From Schmidtea nova (Eukaryota): a stretch of 64,000 nucleotides of DNA. Where the stretch lies: positions 19,964,001 to 20,028,000 of the forward strand of contig CM097882.1 in NCBI GenBank assembly GCA_044892505.1, read 5' to 3'. Within the stretch, counting starts at the first letter, position 1. Each line of letters starts with the position of its first letter. The notes below the pieces were generated by a model that ran no database searches, was not told the origin of the DNA, and saw only the letters and a program-made list of their open reading frames with translations. Shown here piece after piece: positions 30,001 to 42,934 of this stretch. The translations under genes and the position numbers were made by a program.

Positions 30001-33000
30001 GCTAAGGAGCGGAAAAGATATGAAAGCTTTGCTAACAAGCGAAAAAGAAATAATTGTGAAAGAAAAGCATGGAGAATTAAAAAAGATCAGTATGGAATAT
30101 TCAACTGACGCGCAACACTTGACTTTGGATGAAGCAATTGAAAGAGGTCCTGTAGACACAATGCGAGGAAAGATGCGAGATCCTATTTCTGGAAAAGAAA
30201 TTTCATTAGAAGAAGCAATTGCAAAAGGAATAATCGACGCGGAAAATAGCGCAATATATGATGCAGAGAAAGGACAAACTGTGTCTCTTTCTGAAATGCT
30301 AAGGAGCGGAAAAGATATGAAAGCTTTGCTAACAAGCGAAAAAGAAATAATTGTGAAAGAAAAGCATGGAGAATTAGAAAAGATCAGTATGGAATATTCA
30401 ACTGACGTGCAACACTTGAATTTGGATGAAGCAATTGAAAGAGGTCTTGTAGACACAATGCGAGGAACGATACGAGATCCAATTTCTGGAAAAGAAATTT
30501 CATTACAAGAAGCAATTGCAAAAGGAATAATCGACGCGGAAAATAGCGCAATATATGATGCAGAGAAAGGACAAACTGTGTCTCTTTCTGAAATGCTAAG
30601 GAGCGGAAAAGATATGAAAGCTTTGCTAACAAGCGAAAAAGAAAGAATTGATAAAGAAAAGCTTGGAGAATTAGAAAAGATCAGTATGGAATATTCAACT
30701 GATGCGCAACACTTGACTTTGGATGAAGCAATTGAAAGAGGTCTTGTAGACACAATGCGAGGAACGATACGAGATCCTATTTCTGGAAAAGAAATTTCAT
30801 TACAAGAAGCAATGTCAAAAGGAATAATCGACGCGGAAAATAGCGCAATATATGATGCAGAGAAAGGACAAACTGTGTCTCTTTCTGAAATACTAAGGAG
30901 CGGAAAAGATATGAAAGCTTTGCTAACAAGCGAAAATGAAAGAATTGATAAAGAAAAGCATGGAGAATTAGAAAAGATCAGTATGGAATATTCAACTGAC
31001 GCGCAACACTTGACTTTGGATGAAGCAATTGAAAGAGGTCTTGTAGACACAATGCGAGGAACGATACGAGATCCTATTTCTGGAAAAGAAATTTCATTAC
31101 AAGAAGCAATTGCAAAAGGAATAATCGACGCGGAAAATAGCGCAATATATGATGCAGAGAAAGGACAAACTGTGACTCTTTCTGAAATGCTAAGGAGCGG
31201 AAAAGATATGAAAGCTTTGCTAACAAGCGAAAAAGAAAGAATTGATAAAGAAAAGCATGGAGAATTAGAAAAGTTTAGTATGGAATATTTAACTGACGTG
31301 CAACACTTGACTTTGGATGAAGCAATTGAAAGAGGTCTTGTAGACACAATGCGAGGAACGATGCGAGATCCTATTTCTGGAAAAGAAATTTCATTACAAG
31401 AAGCAATGTCAAAAGGAATAATCGACGCGGAAAATAGCGCAATATATGATGCAGAGAAAGGACAAACTGTGTCTCTTTCTGAAATGCTAAGGAGCGGAAA
31501 AGATATGAAAGCTTTGCTAACAAGCGAAAAAGAAAGAATTGATAAAGAGAAGCATGGAGAATTAGAAAAGATCAGTATGGAATTTTCATCTGACGCACAA
31601 CACTTGACTTTGGATGAAGCAATTGAAAGAGGTCTTGTAGACACAATGCGAGGAACGATACGAGATCCTATTTCTGGAAAAGAAATTTCATTACAAGAAG
31701 CAATTGCAAAAGGAATAATCGAGGCGGAAAATAGCGCAATATATGATGCAGAGAAAGGACAAACTGTGTCTCTTTCTGAAATGCTAAGGAGCGGAAAAGA
31801 TATGAAAGCTTTGCTAACAAGCGAAAAAGAAAGAATTGATAAAGAAAAGCATGGAGAATTAGAAAAGATCAGTATGGAATATTCAACTGACGCGCAACAC
31901 TTGACTTTGGATGAAGCAATTGAAAGAGGTCTTGTAGACACAATGCGAAGAACGATACGAGATCCTATTTCTGGAAAAGAAATTTCATTACAAGAAGCAA
32001 TTGCAAAAGGAATAATCGACGCGGAAAATAGCGCAATATATGATGCAGAGAAAGGACAAACTGTGTCTCTTTCTGAAATGCTAAGGAGCGGAAAAGATAT
32101 GAAAGCTTTGCTAACAAGCGAAAAAGAAAGAATTGATAAAGAAAAGCATGGAGAATTAGAAAAGATCAGTATGGAATATTCAACTGATGCGCAACACTTG
32201 ACTTTGGATGAAGCAATTGAAAGAGGTCTTGTAGACACAATGCGAGGAACGATACGAGATCCTATTTCTGGAAAAGAAATTTCATTACAAGAAGCAATGT
32301 CAAAAGGAATAATCGACGCGGAAAATAGCGCAATATATGATGCAGAGAAAGGACAAACTGTGTCTCTTTCTGAAATACTAAGGAGCGGAAAAGATATGAA
32401 AGCTTTGCTAACAAGCGAAAATGAAAGAATTGATAAAGAAAAGCATGGAGAATTAGAAAAGATCAGTATGGAATATTCAACTGACGCGCAACACTTGACT
32501 TTGGATGAAGCAATTGAAAGAGGTCTTGTAGACACAATGCGAGGAACGATACGAGATCCTATTTCTGGAAAAGAAATTTCATTACAAGAAGCAATTGCAA
32601 AAGGAATAATCGACGCGGAAAATAGCGCAATATATGATGCAGAGAAAGGACAAACTGTGACTCTTTCTGAAATGCTAAGGAGCGGAAAAGATATGAAAGC
32701 TTTGCTAACAAGCGAAAAAGAAAGAATTGATAAAGAAAAGCATGGAGAATTAGAAAAGTTTAGTATGGAATATTTAACTGACGTGCAACACTTGACTTTG
32801 GATGAAGCAATTGAAAGAGGTCTTGTAGACACAATGCGAGGAACGATGCGAGATCCTATTTCTGGAAAAGAAATTTCATTACAAGAAGCAATGTCAAAAG
32901 GAATAATCGACGCGGAAAATAGCGCAATATATGATGCAGAGAAAGGACAAACTGTGTCTCTTTCTGAAATACTAAGGAGCGGAAAAGATATGAAAGCTTT

Positions 33001-36000
33001 GCTAACAAGCGAAAAAGAAAGAATTGATAAAGAAAAGCATGGAGAATTAGAAAAGATCAGTATGGAATATTCAACTGACGCGCAACACTTGACTTTGGAT
33101 GAAGCAATTGAAAGAGGTCTTGTAGACACAATGCGAGGAACGATACGAGATTCTATTTCTGGAAAAGAAATTTCATTACAAGAAGCAATTGCAAAAGGAA
33201 TAATCGACGCGGAAAATAGCGCAATATATGATGCAGAGAAAGGACAAACTCTGACTCTTTCTGAAATGCTAAAGAGCGGAAAAGATATGAAAGCTTTGCT
33301 AACAAGCGAAAAAGAAAGAATTGATAAAGAAAAGCATGGAGAATTAGAAAAGATCAGTATGGAATTTTCAACTGACGCACAACACTTGACTTTGGATGAA
33401 GCAATTGAAAGAGGTCTTGTAGACACAATGCGAGGAACGATACGAGATCCTATTTCTGGAAAAGAAATTTCATTACAAGAAGCAATTGCAAAAGGAATAA
33501 TCGACGCGGAAAATAGCGCAATATATGATGCAGAGAAAGGACAAACTGTGTCTCTTTCTGAAATGCTAAGGAGCGGAAAAGATATGAAAGCTTTGCTAAC
33601 AAGCGAAAAAGAAAGAATTGATAAAGAAAAGCATGGAGAATTAGAAAAGATCAGTATGGAATATTCAACTGACGCGCAACACTTGACTTTGGATGAAGCA
33701 ATTGAAAGAGGTCTTGTAGACACAATGCGAAGAACGATACGAGATCCTATTTCTGGAAAAGAAATTTCATTACAAGAAGCAATTGCAAAAGGAATAATCG
33801 ACGCGGAAAATAGCGCAATATATGATGCAGAGAAAGGACAAACTGTGTCTCTTTCTGAAATACTAAGGAACGGAAAAGATATGAAAGCTTTGCTAACAAG
33901 CGAAAAAGAAAGAATTGATAAAGAAAAGCATGGAGAATTAGAAAAGATCAGTATGGAATATTCAACTGACGCGCAACACTTGACTTTGGATGAAGCAATT
34001 GAAAGAGGTCTTGTAGACACAATGCGAGGAACGATACGAGATCCTATTTCTGGAAAAGAAATTTCATTACAAGAAGCAATTGCAAAAGGAATAATCGACG
34101 CGGAAAATAGCGCAATATATGATGCAGAGAAAGGACAAACTGTGTCTCTTTCTGAAATGCTAAGGAGCGGAAAAGATATGAAAGCTTTGCTAACAAGCGA
34201 AAAAGAAAGAATTGATAAAGAAAAGCATGGAGAATTAGAAAAGATCAGTATGGAATATTCAACTGACGCGCAACACTTGACTTTGGATGAAGCAATTGAA
34301 AGAGGTCTTGTAGACACAATGCGAAGAACGATACGAGATCCTATTTCTGGAAAAGAAATTTCATTACAAGAAGCAATTGCAAAAGGAATAATCGACGCGG
34401 AAAATAGCGCAATATATGATGCAGAGAAAGGACAAACTGTGTCTCTTTCTGAAATACTAAGGAGCGGAAAAGATATGAAAGCTTTGCTAACAAGCGAAAA
34501 AGAAAGAATTGATAAAGAAAAGCATGGAGAATTAGAAAAGATCAGTATGGAATATTCAACTGACGCGCAACACTTGACTTTGGATGAAGCAATTGAAAGA
34601 GGTCTTGTAGACACAATGCGAGGAACGATACGAGATCCTATTTCTGGAAAAGAAATTTCATTACAAGAAGCAATTGCAAAAGGAATAATCGACGCGGAAA
34701 ATAGCGCAATATATGATGCAGAGAAAGGACAAACTGTGTCTCTTTCTGAAATGCTAAGGAGCGGAAAAGATATGAAAGCTTTGCTAACAAGCGAAAAAGA
34801 AAGAATTGATAAAGAGAAGCATGGAGAATTAGAAAAGATCAGTATGGAATTTTCATCTGACGCACAACACTTGACTTTGGATGAAGCAATTGAAAGAGGT
34901 CTTGTAGACACAATGCGAGGAACGATACGAGATCCTATTTCTGGAAAAGAAATTTCATTACAAGAAGCAATTGCAAAAGGAATAATCGAGGCGGAAAATA
35001 GCGCAATATATGATGCAGAGAAAGGACAAACTGTGTCTCTTTCTGAAATGCTAAGGAGCGGAAAAGATATGAAAGCTTTGCTAACAAGCGAAAAAGAAAG
35101 AATTGATAAAGAAAAGCATGGAGAATTAGAAAAGATCAGTATGGAATATTCAACTGACGCGCAACACTTGACTTTGGATGAAGCAATTGAAAGAGGTCTT
35201 GTAGACACAATGCGAAGAACGATACGAGATCCTATTTCTGGAAAAGAAATTTCATTACAAGAAGCAATTGCAAAAGGAATAATCGACGCGGAAAATAGCG
35301 CAATATATGATGCAGAGAAAGGACAAACTGTGTCTCTTTCTGAAATGCTAAGGAGCGGAAAAGATATGAAAGCTTTGCTAACAAGCGAAAAAGAAAGAAT
35401 TGATAAAGAAAAGCATGGAGAATTAGAAAAGATCAGTATGGAATATTCAACTGATGCGCAACACTTGACTTTGGATGAAGCAATTGAAAGAGGTCTTGTA
35501 GACACAATGCGAGGAACGATACGAGATCCTATTTCTGGAAAAGAAATTTCATTACAAGAAGCAATGTCAAAAGGAATAATCGACGCGGAAAATAGCGCAA
35601 TATATGATGCAGAGAAAGGACAAACTGTGTCTCTTTCTGAAATACTAAGGAGCGGAAAAGATATGAAAGCTTTGCTAACAAGCGAAAATGAAAGAATTGA
35701 TAAAGAAAAGCATGGAGAATTAGAAAAGATCAGTATGGAATATTCAACTGACGCGCAACACTTGACTTTGGATGAAGCAATTGAAAGAGGTCTTGTAGAC
35801 ACAATGCGAGGAACGATACGAGATCCTATTTCTGGAAAAGAAATTTCATTACAAGAAGCAATTGCAAAAGGAATAATCGACGCGGAAAATAGCGCAATAT
35901 ATGATGCAGAGAAAGGACAAACTGTGACTCTTTCTGAAATGCTAAGGAGCGGAAAAGATATGAAAGCTTTGCTAACAAGCGAAAAAGAAAGAATTGATAA

Positions 36001-39000
36001 AGAAAAGCATGGAGAATTAGAAAAGTTAAGTATGGAATATTTAACTGACGTGCAACACTTGACTTTGGATGAAGCAATTGAAAGAGGTCTTGTAGACACA
36101 ATGCGAGGAACGATGCGAGATCCTATTTCTGGAAAAGAAATTTCATTACAAGAAGCAATGTCAAAAGGAATAATCGACGCGGAAAATAGCGCAATATATG
36201 ATGCAGAGAAAGGACAAACTGTGTCTCTTTCTGAAATACTAAGGAGCGGAAAAGATATGAAAGCTTTGCTAAGAAGCGAAAAAGAAAGAATTGATAAAGA
36301 AAAGCATGGAGAATTAGAAAAGATCAGTATGGAATATTCAACTGACGCGCAACACTTGACTTTGGATGAAGCAATTGAAAGAGGTCTTGTAGACACAATG
36401 CGAGGAACGATACGAGATTCTATTTCTGGAAAAGAAATTTCATTACAAGAAGCAATTGCAAAAGGAATAATCGACGCGGAAAATAGCGCAATATATGATG
36501 CAGAGAAAGGACAATCTCTGACTCTTTCTGAAATGCTAAAGAGCGGAAAAGATATGAAAGCTTTGCTAACAAGCGAAAAAGAAAGAATTGATAAAGAAAA
36601 GCATGGAGAATTAGAAAAGATCAGTATGGAATTTTCAACTGACGCACAACACTTGACTTTGGATGAAGCAATTGAAAGAGGTCTTGTAGACACAATGCGA
36701 GGAACGATACGAGATCCTATTTCTGGAAAAGAAATTTCATTACAAGAAGCAATTGCAAAAGGAATAATCGACGCGGAAAATAGCGCAATATATGATGCAG
36801 AGAAAGGACAAACTGTGTCTCTTTCTGAAATGCTAAGGAGCGGAAAAGATATGAAAGCTTTGCTAACAAGCGAAAAAGAAAGAATTGATAAAGAAAAGCA
36901 TGGAGAATTAGAAAAGATCAGTATGGAATATTCAACTGACGCGCAACACTTGACTTTGGATGAAGCAATTGAAAGAGGTCTTGTAGACACAATGCGAAGA
37001 ACGATACGAGATCCTATTTCTGGAAAAGAAATTTCATTACAAGAAGCAATTGCAAAAGGAATAATCGACGCGGAAAATAGCGCAATATATGATGCAGAGA
37101 AAGGACAAACTGTGTCTCTTTCTGAAATACTAAGGAACGGAAAAGATATGAAAGCTTTGCTAACAAGCGAAAAAGAAAGAATTGATAAAGAAAAGCATGG
37201 AGAATTAGAAAAGATCAGTATGGAATATTCAACTGACGCGCAACACTTGACTTTGGATGAAGCAATTGAAAGAGGTCTTGTAGACACAATGCGAGGAACG
37301 ATACGAGATCCTATTTCTGGAAAAGAAATTTCATTACAAGAAGCAATTGCAAAAGGAATAATCGACGCGGAAAATAGCGCAATATATGATGCAGAGAAAG
37401 GACAAACTGTGTCTCTTTCTGAAATGCTAAGGAGCGGAAAAGATATGAAAGCTTTGCTAACAAGCGAAAAAGAAAGAATTGATAAAGAAAAGCATGGAGA
37501 ATTAGAAAAGATCAGTATGGAATATTCAACTGACGCGCAACACTTGACTTTGGATGAAGCAATTGAAAGAGGTCTTGTAGACACAATGCGAAGAACGATA
37601 CGAGATCCTATTTCTGGAAAAGAAATTTCATTACAAGAAGCAATTGCAAAAGGAATAATCGACGCGGAAAATAGCGCAATATATGATGCAGAGAAAGGAC
37701 AAACTGTGTCTCTTTCTGAAATACTAAGGAGCGGAAAAGATATGAAAGCTTTGCTAACAAGCGAAAAAGAAAGAATTGATAAAGAAAAGCATGGAGAATT
37801 AGAAAAGATCAGTATGGAATATTCAACTGACGCGCAACACTTGACTTTGGATGAAGCAATTGAAAGAGGTCTTGTAGACACAATGCGAAGAACGATACGA
37901 GATCCTATTTCTGGAAAAGAAATTTCATTACAAGAAGCAATTGCAAAAGGAATAATCGACGCGGAAAATAGCGCAATATATGATGCAGAGAAAGGACAAA
38001 CTGTGTCTCTTTCTGAAATACTAAGGAACGGAAAAGATATGAAAGCTTTGCTAACAAGCGAAAAAGAAAGAATTGATAAAGAAAAGCATGGAGAATTAGA
38101 AAAGATCAGTATGGAATATTCAACTGACGCGCAACACTTGACTTTGGATGAAGCAATTGAAAGAGGTCTTGTAGACACAATGCGAGGAACGATACGAGAT
38201 CCTATTTCTGGAAAAGAAATTTCATTACAAGAAGCAATTGCAAAAGGAATAATCGACGCGGAAAATAGCGCAATATATGATGCAGAGAAAGGACAAACTG
38301 TGTCTCTTTCTGAAATGCTAAGGAGCGGAAAAGATATGAAAGCTTTGCTAACAAGCGAAAAAGAAAGAATTGATAAAGAAAAGCATGGAGAATTAGAAAA
38401 GATCAGTATGGAATATTCAACTGACGCGCAACACTTGACTTTGGATGAAGCAATTGAAAGAGGTCTTGTAGACACAATGCGAAGAACGATACGAGATCCT
38501 ATTTCTGGAAAAGAAATTTCATTACAAGAAGCAATTGCAAAAGGAATAATCGACGCGGAAAATAGCGCAATATATGATGCAGAGAAAGGACAAACTGTGT
38601 CTCTTTCTGAAATACTAAGGAGCGGAAAAGATATGAAAGCTTTGCTAACAAGCGAAAAAGAAAGAATTGATAAAGAAAAGCATGGAGAATTAGAAAAGAT
38701 CAGTATGGAATATTCAACTGACGCGCAACACTTGACTTTGGATGAAGCAATTGAAAGAGGTCTTGTAGACACAATGCGAAGAACGATACGAGATCCTATT
38801 TCTGGAAAAGAAATTTCATTACAAGAAGCAATTGCAAAAGGAATAATCGACGCGGAAAATAGCGCAATATATGATGCAGAGAAAGGACAAACTGTGTCTC
38901 TTTCTGAAATGCTAAGGAGCGGAAAAGATATGAAAGCTTTGCTAACAAGCGAAAAAGAAAGAATTGATAAAGAAAAGCATGGAGAATTAGAAAAGATCAG

Positions 39001-42000
39001 TATGGAATATTCAACTGATGCGCAACACTTGACTTTGGATGAAGCAATTGAAAGAGGTCTTGTAGACACAATGCGAGGAACGATACGAGATCCTATTTCT
39101 GGAAAAGAAATTTCATTACAAGAAGCAATTGGAAAAGGAATAATCGACGCGGAAAATAGCGCAATATATGATGCAGAGAAAGGACAAACTGTGTCTCTTT
39201 CTGAAATGCTAAGTAGCGGAAAAGATATGAAAGCTTTGCTAACAAGCGAAAAAGAAAGAATTGATAAAGAAAAGCATGGAGAATTAGGAAAGATCAGTAT
39301 GGAATATTCAACTGATGCGCAACACTTGACTTTGGATGAAGCATTTGAAAGAGGTCTTGTAGACACAATGCGAGGAACGATACGAGATCCTATTTCTGGA
39401 AAAGAAATTTCATTACAAGAAGCAATTGCAAAAGGAATAATCGACGCGGAAAATAGCGCAATATATGATGCAGAGAAAGGACAAACTGTGTCTCTTTCTG
39501 AAATACTAAGGAGCGGAAAAGATATGAAAGCTTTGCTAACAAGCGAAAAAGAAAGAATTGATAAAGAAAAGCATGGAGAATTAGAAAAGATCAGTATGGA
39601 ATATTCAACTGATGCGCAACACTTGACTTTGGATGAAGCAATTGAAAGAGGTCCTGTAGACACAATGCGAGGAACGATACGAGATCCTATTTCTGGAAAA
39701 GAAATTTCATTACAAGAAGAAATTGCAAAAGGAATAATCGACGCGGAAAATAGCGCAATATATGATGCAGAGAAAGGACAAACTGTGTCTCTTTCTGAAA
39801 TGCTAAGGAGCGGAAAAGATATGAAAGCTTTGCTAACAAGCGAAAAAGAAAGAATTGATAAAGAAAAGCATGGAGAATTAGAAAAGATCAGTATGGAATA
39901 TTCAACTGATGCGCAACACTTGACTTTGGATGAAGCAATTGAAAGAGGTCTTGTAGACACAATGCGAGGAACGATACGAGATCCTATTTCTGGAAAAGAA
40001 ATTTCATTACAAGAAGCAATTGCAAAAGGAATAATCGACGCGGAAAATAGCGCAATATATGATGCAGAGAAAGGACAAACTGTGTCTCTTTCTGAAATGC
40101 TAAGTAGCGGAAAAGATATGAAAGCTTTGCTAACAAGCGAAAAAGAAAGAATTGATAAAGAGAAGCATGGAGAATTAGAAAAGATCAGTATGGAATATTC
40201 AACTGACGCGCAACACTTGACTTTGGATGAAGCAATTGAAAGAGGTCTTGTAGACACAATGCGAGGAACGATACGAGATCCTATTTCTGGAAAAGAAATT
40301 TCATTACAAGAAGCAATTGCAAAAGGAATAATCGAAGCGGAAAATAGCGCAATATATGATGCAGAGAAAGGACAAACTGTGTCTCTTTCTGAAATGCTAA
40401 GTAGCGGAAAAGATCTGAAAGCTTTGCTAACAAGCGAAAAAGAAAGAATTGATAAAGAGAAGCATGGAGAATTAGAAAAGATCAGTATGGAATGTTCAAC
40501 TGACGCGCAACACTTGACTTTGGATGAAGCAATTGAAAGAGGTCCTGTAGACACAATGCGAGGAACGATACGAGATCCTATTTCTGGAAAAGAAATTTCA
40601 TTACAAGAAGCAATTGCAAAAGGATTAATCGACTCGGAAAATAGCGCAATATATGATGCAGAGAAAGGACAAACTGTGTCTCTTTCTGAAATGCTAAGGA
40701 GCGGAAAAGATATGAAAGCTTTGCTAACAAGCGAAAAAGAAAGAATTGATAAAGAAAAGCATGGAGAATTAGAAAAGATCAGTATGGAATATTCAACTGA
40801 CGCGACACACTTGACTTTGGACGAAGCAATTGAAAGAGGTCTTGTAGACACAATGCGAGGAACGATACGAGATCCTATTTCTGGAAAAGAAATTTCATTA
40901 CAAGAAGCAATTGCAAAAGGAAAAATCGACGCGGAAAATAGCGCAATATATGATGCAGAGAAAGGACAAACTGTGTCTCTTTCTGAAATGCTAAGTAGCG
41001 GAAAAGATATGAAAGCTTTGCTAACAAGCGAAAAAGAAAGAATTGATAAAGAAAAGCATGGAGAATTAGAAAAGATCAGTATGGAATATTCAACTGACGC
41101 GCAACACTTGACTTTGGACGAAGCAATTGAAAGAGGTCTTGTAGACACAATGCGAGGAACGATACGAGATCCTATTTCTGGAAAAGAAATTTCATTACAA
41201 GAAGCAATTGCAAAAGGAATAATCGACTCGGAAAATAGCGCAATATATGATGCAGGGAAAGGACAAACTGTGTCTCTTTCTGAAATGATTTGTAGCGGAA
41301 AAGATATGAAAGCTTTGCTAACAAGCGAAAAAGAAAGAATTGATAAAGAAAAGCATGGAGAATTAGAAAAGATCAGTATGGAATATTCAACTGACGCGCA
41401 ACACTTGACTTTGGATGAAGCAATTGAAAGAGGTCTTGTAGACACAATGCGAGGAACGATACGAGATCCTATTTCTGGAAAAGAAATTTCATTACAAGAA
41501 GCAATTGCAAAAGGAATAATCGACGCGGAAAATAGCGCAATATATGATGCAGAGAAAGGACAAACTGTGTCTCTTTCTGAAATGCTAAGGAGCGGAAAAG
41601 ATATGAAAGCTTTGCTAACAAGCGAAAAAGAAAGAATTGATAAAGAAAAGCATGGAGAATTAGAAAAGATCAGTATGGAATATTCAACTGACGCGCAACA
41701 CTTGACTTTGGATGAAGCAATTGAAAGAGGTCTTGTAGACAAAATACGAGGAACGATACGAGATCCTATTTCTGGAAAAGAAATTTCAATACAAGAAGCA
41801 ATAGGAAAAGGAGTAATCGACGCGGAAAATAGCGCAATATATGATGCAGAGAAAGGACAAACTGTGTCTCTTTCTGAAATGATTTGTAGCGGAAAAGATA
41901 TGAAAGCTTTGCTAACAAGCGAAAAAGAAAGAATTGATAAAGAAAAGCATGGAGAATTAGAAAAGATCAGTATGGAATATTCAACTGACGCGCAACACTT

Positions 42001-42785
42001 GACTTTGGATGAAGCAATTGAAAGAGGTCTTGTAGACACAATGCGAGGAACGATACGAGATCCTATTTCTGGAAAAGAAATTTCATTACAAGAAGCAATT
42101 GCAAAAGGAATAATCGACGCGGAAAATAGCGCAATATATGATGCAGAGAAAGGACAAACTGTGTCTCTTTCTGAAATGCTAAGGAGCGGAAAAGATATGA
42201 AAGCTTTGCTAACAAGCGAAAAAGAAAGAATTGATAAAGAAAAGCATGGAGAATTAGAAAAGATCAGTATGGAATATTCAACTGACGCGCAACACTTGAC
42301 TTTGGATGAAGCAATTGAAAGAGGTCTTGTAGTTACAATACGAGGAACGATACGAGATCCTATTTCTGGAAAAGAAATTTCAATACAAGAAGCAATAGGA
42401 AAAGGAGTAATCGACGCGGAAAATAGCGCAATATATGATGCAGAGAAAGGACAAACTGTGTCTCTTTTTGAAATGCTAAGTAGCGGAAAAGATATGAAAG
42501 CTTTGCTAACTAGCGAAAAAGAAAGAATTGATAAAGAAAAGCATGGAGAATTAGAAAAGATCAGTATGGAATATTCAACTGACGCGCAACACTTGACTTT
42601 GGATGAAGCAATTGAAAGAGGTCTTGTAGACACAATGCGAGGAACGATACGAGATCCTATTTCTGGAAAAGAAATTTCAATACAAGAAGCAATAGGAAAA
42701 GGAGTAATCGACGCGGAAAATAGCGCAATATATGATGCAGAGAAAGGACAAACTGTGTCTCTTTCTGAAATGCTAAGGAGCGGAA
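1..42785 (+). repeat. Coding tandem array: 144 complete 297-bp (99-aa) units plus a short partial unit
   Basis: The ATG at 2 recurs at 42770 (offset 42768 = 144 x 297), so there is no net indel. Units differ only by scattered substitutions. Confidence 0.97.
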
Positions 42786-42934
42786 TGGATATTTGTTCTC
42801 ATCTTTTGAAATCTGAATTTTTTGAATATGACAATTTTGATAATTCTAATAACGCCTCAAATAATGAATCTAATATTCTATCAAATCTACATCATTTGTC
42901 ACATTTTGCAGAAGACTCTAATGCTCATTTTGAG
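1..42934 (+). CDS. Giant plakin-repeat exon (at least 42,934 nt; acceptor lies upstream of the window)
   Basis: ORF 2..42958 is open throughout. The repeats contain [13 protein letters not shown]...[22 protein letters not shown], a plectin/plakin-repeat signature. A strong donor GAG|GTAAGT lies at 42934/42935. The Met at 2 is an internal repeat Met, not a true start. Confidence 0.88.

Noticed and set aside
9594-36101. Short 82-91-aa minus-strand ORFs (MLAKLSYLF..., MCLQDLFQ...)
   Set aside because: They arise where single SNPs remove a stop in another antisense frame; they are useful only as markers of higher-order repeats.
12277-42633. Huge minus-strand ORFs (7554, 1406 and 1010 aa)
   Set aside because: Shadow frame: one 297-bp unit happens to lack antisense stops and amplification multiplies it. 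The product is S/I/F-rich with no family motif, and this frame is broken by three stops while the + frame has none.
1-42785. CRISPR-like or non-coding satellite interpretation of the array
   Set aside because: There are no unique spacers; the period is a multiple of 3 with an intact frame, plakin motifs and an in-phase splice exit.
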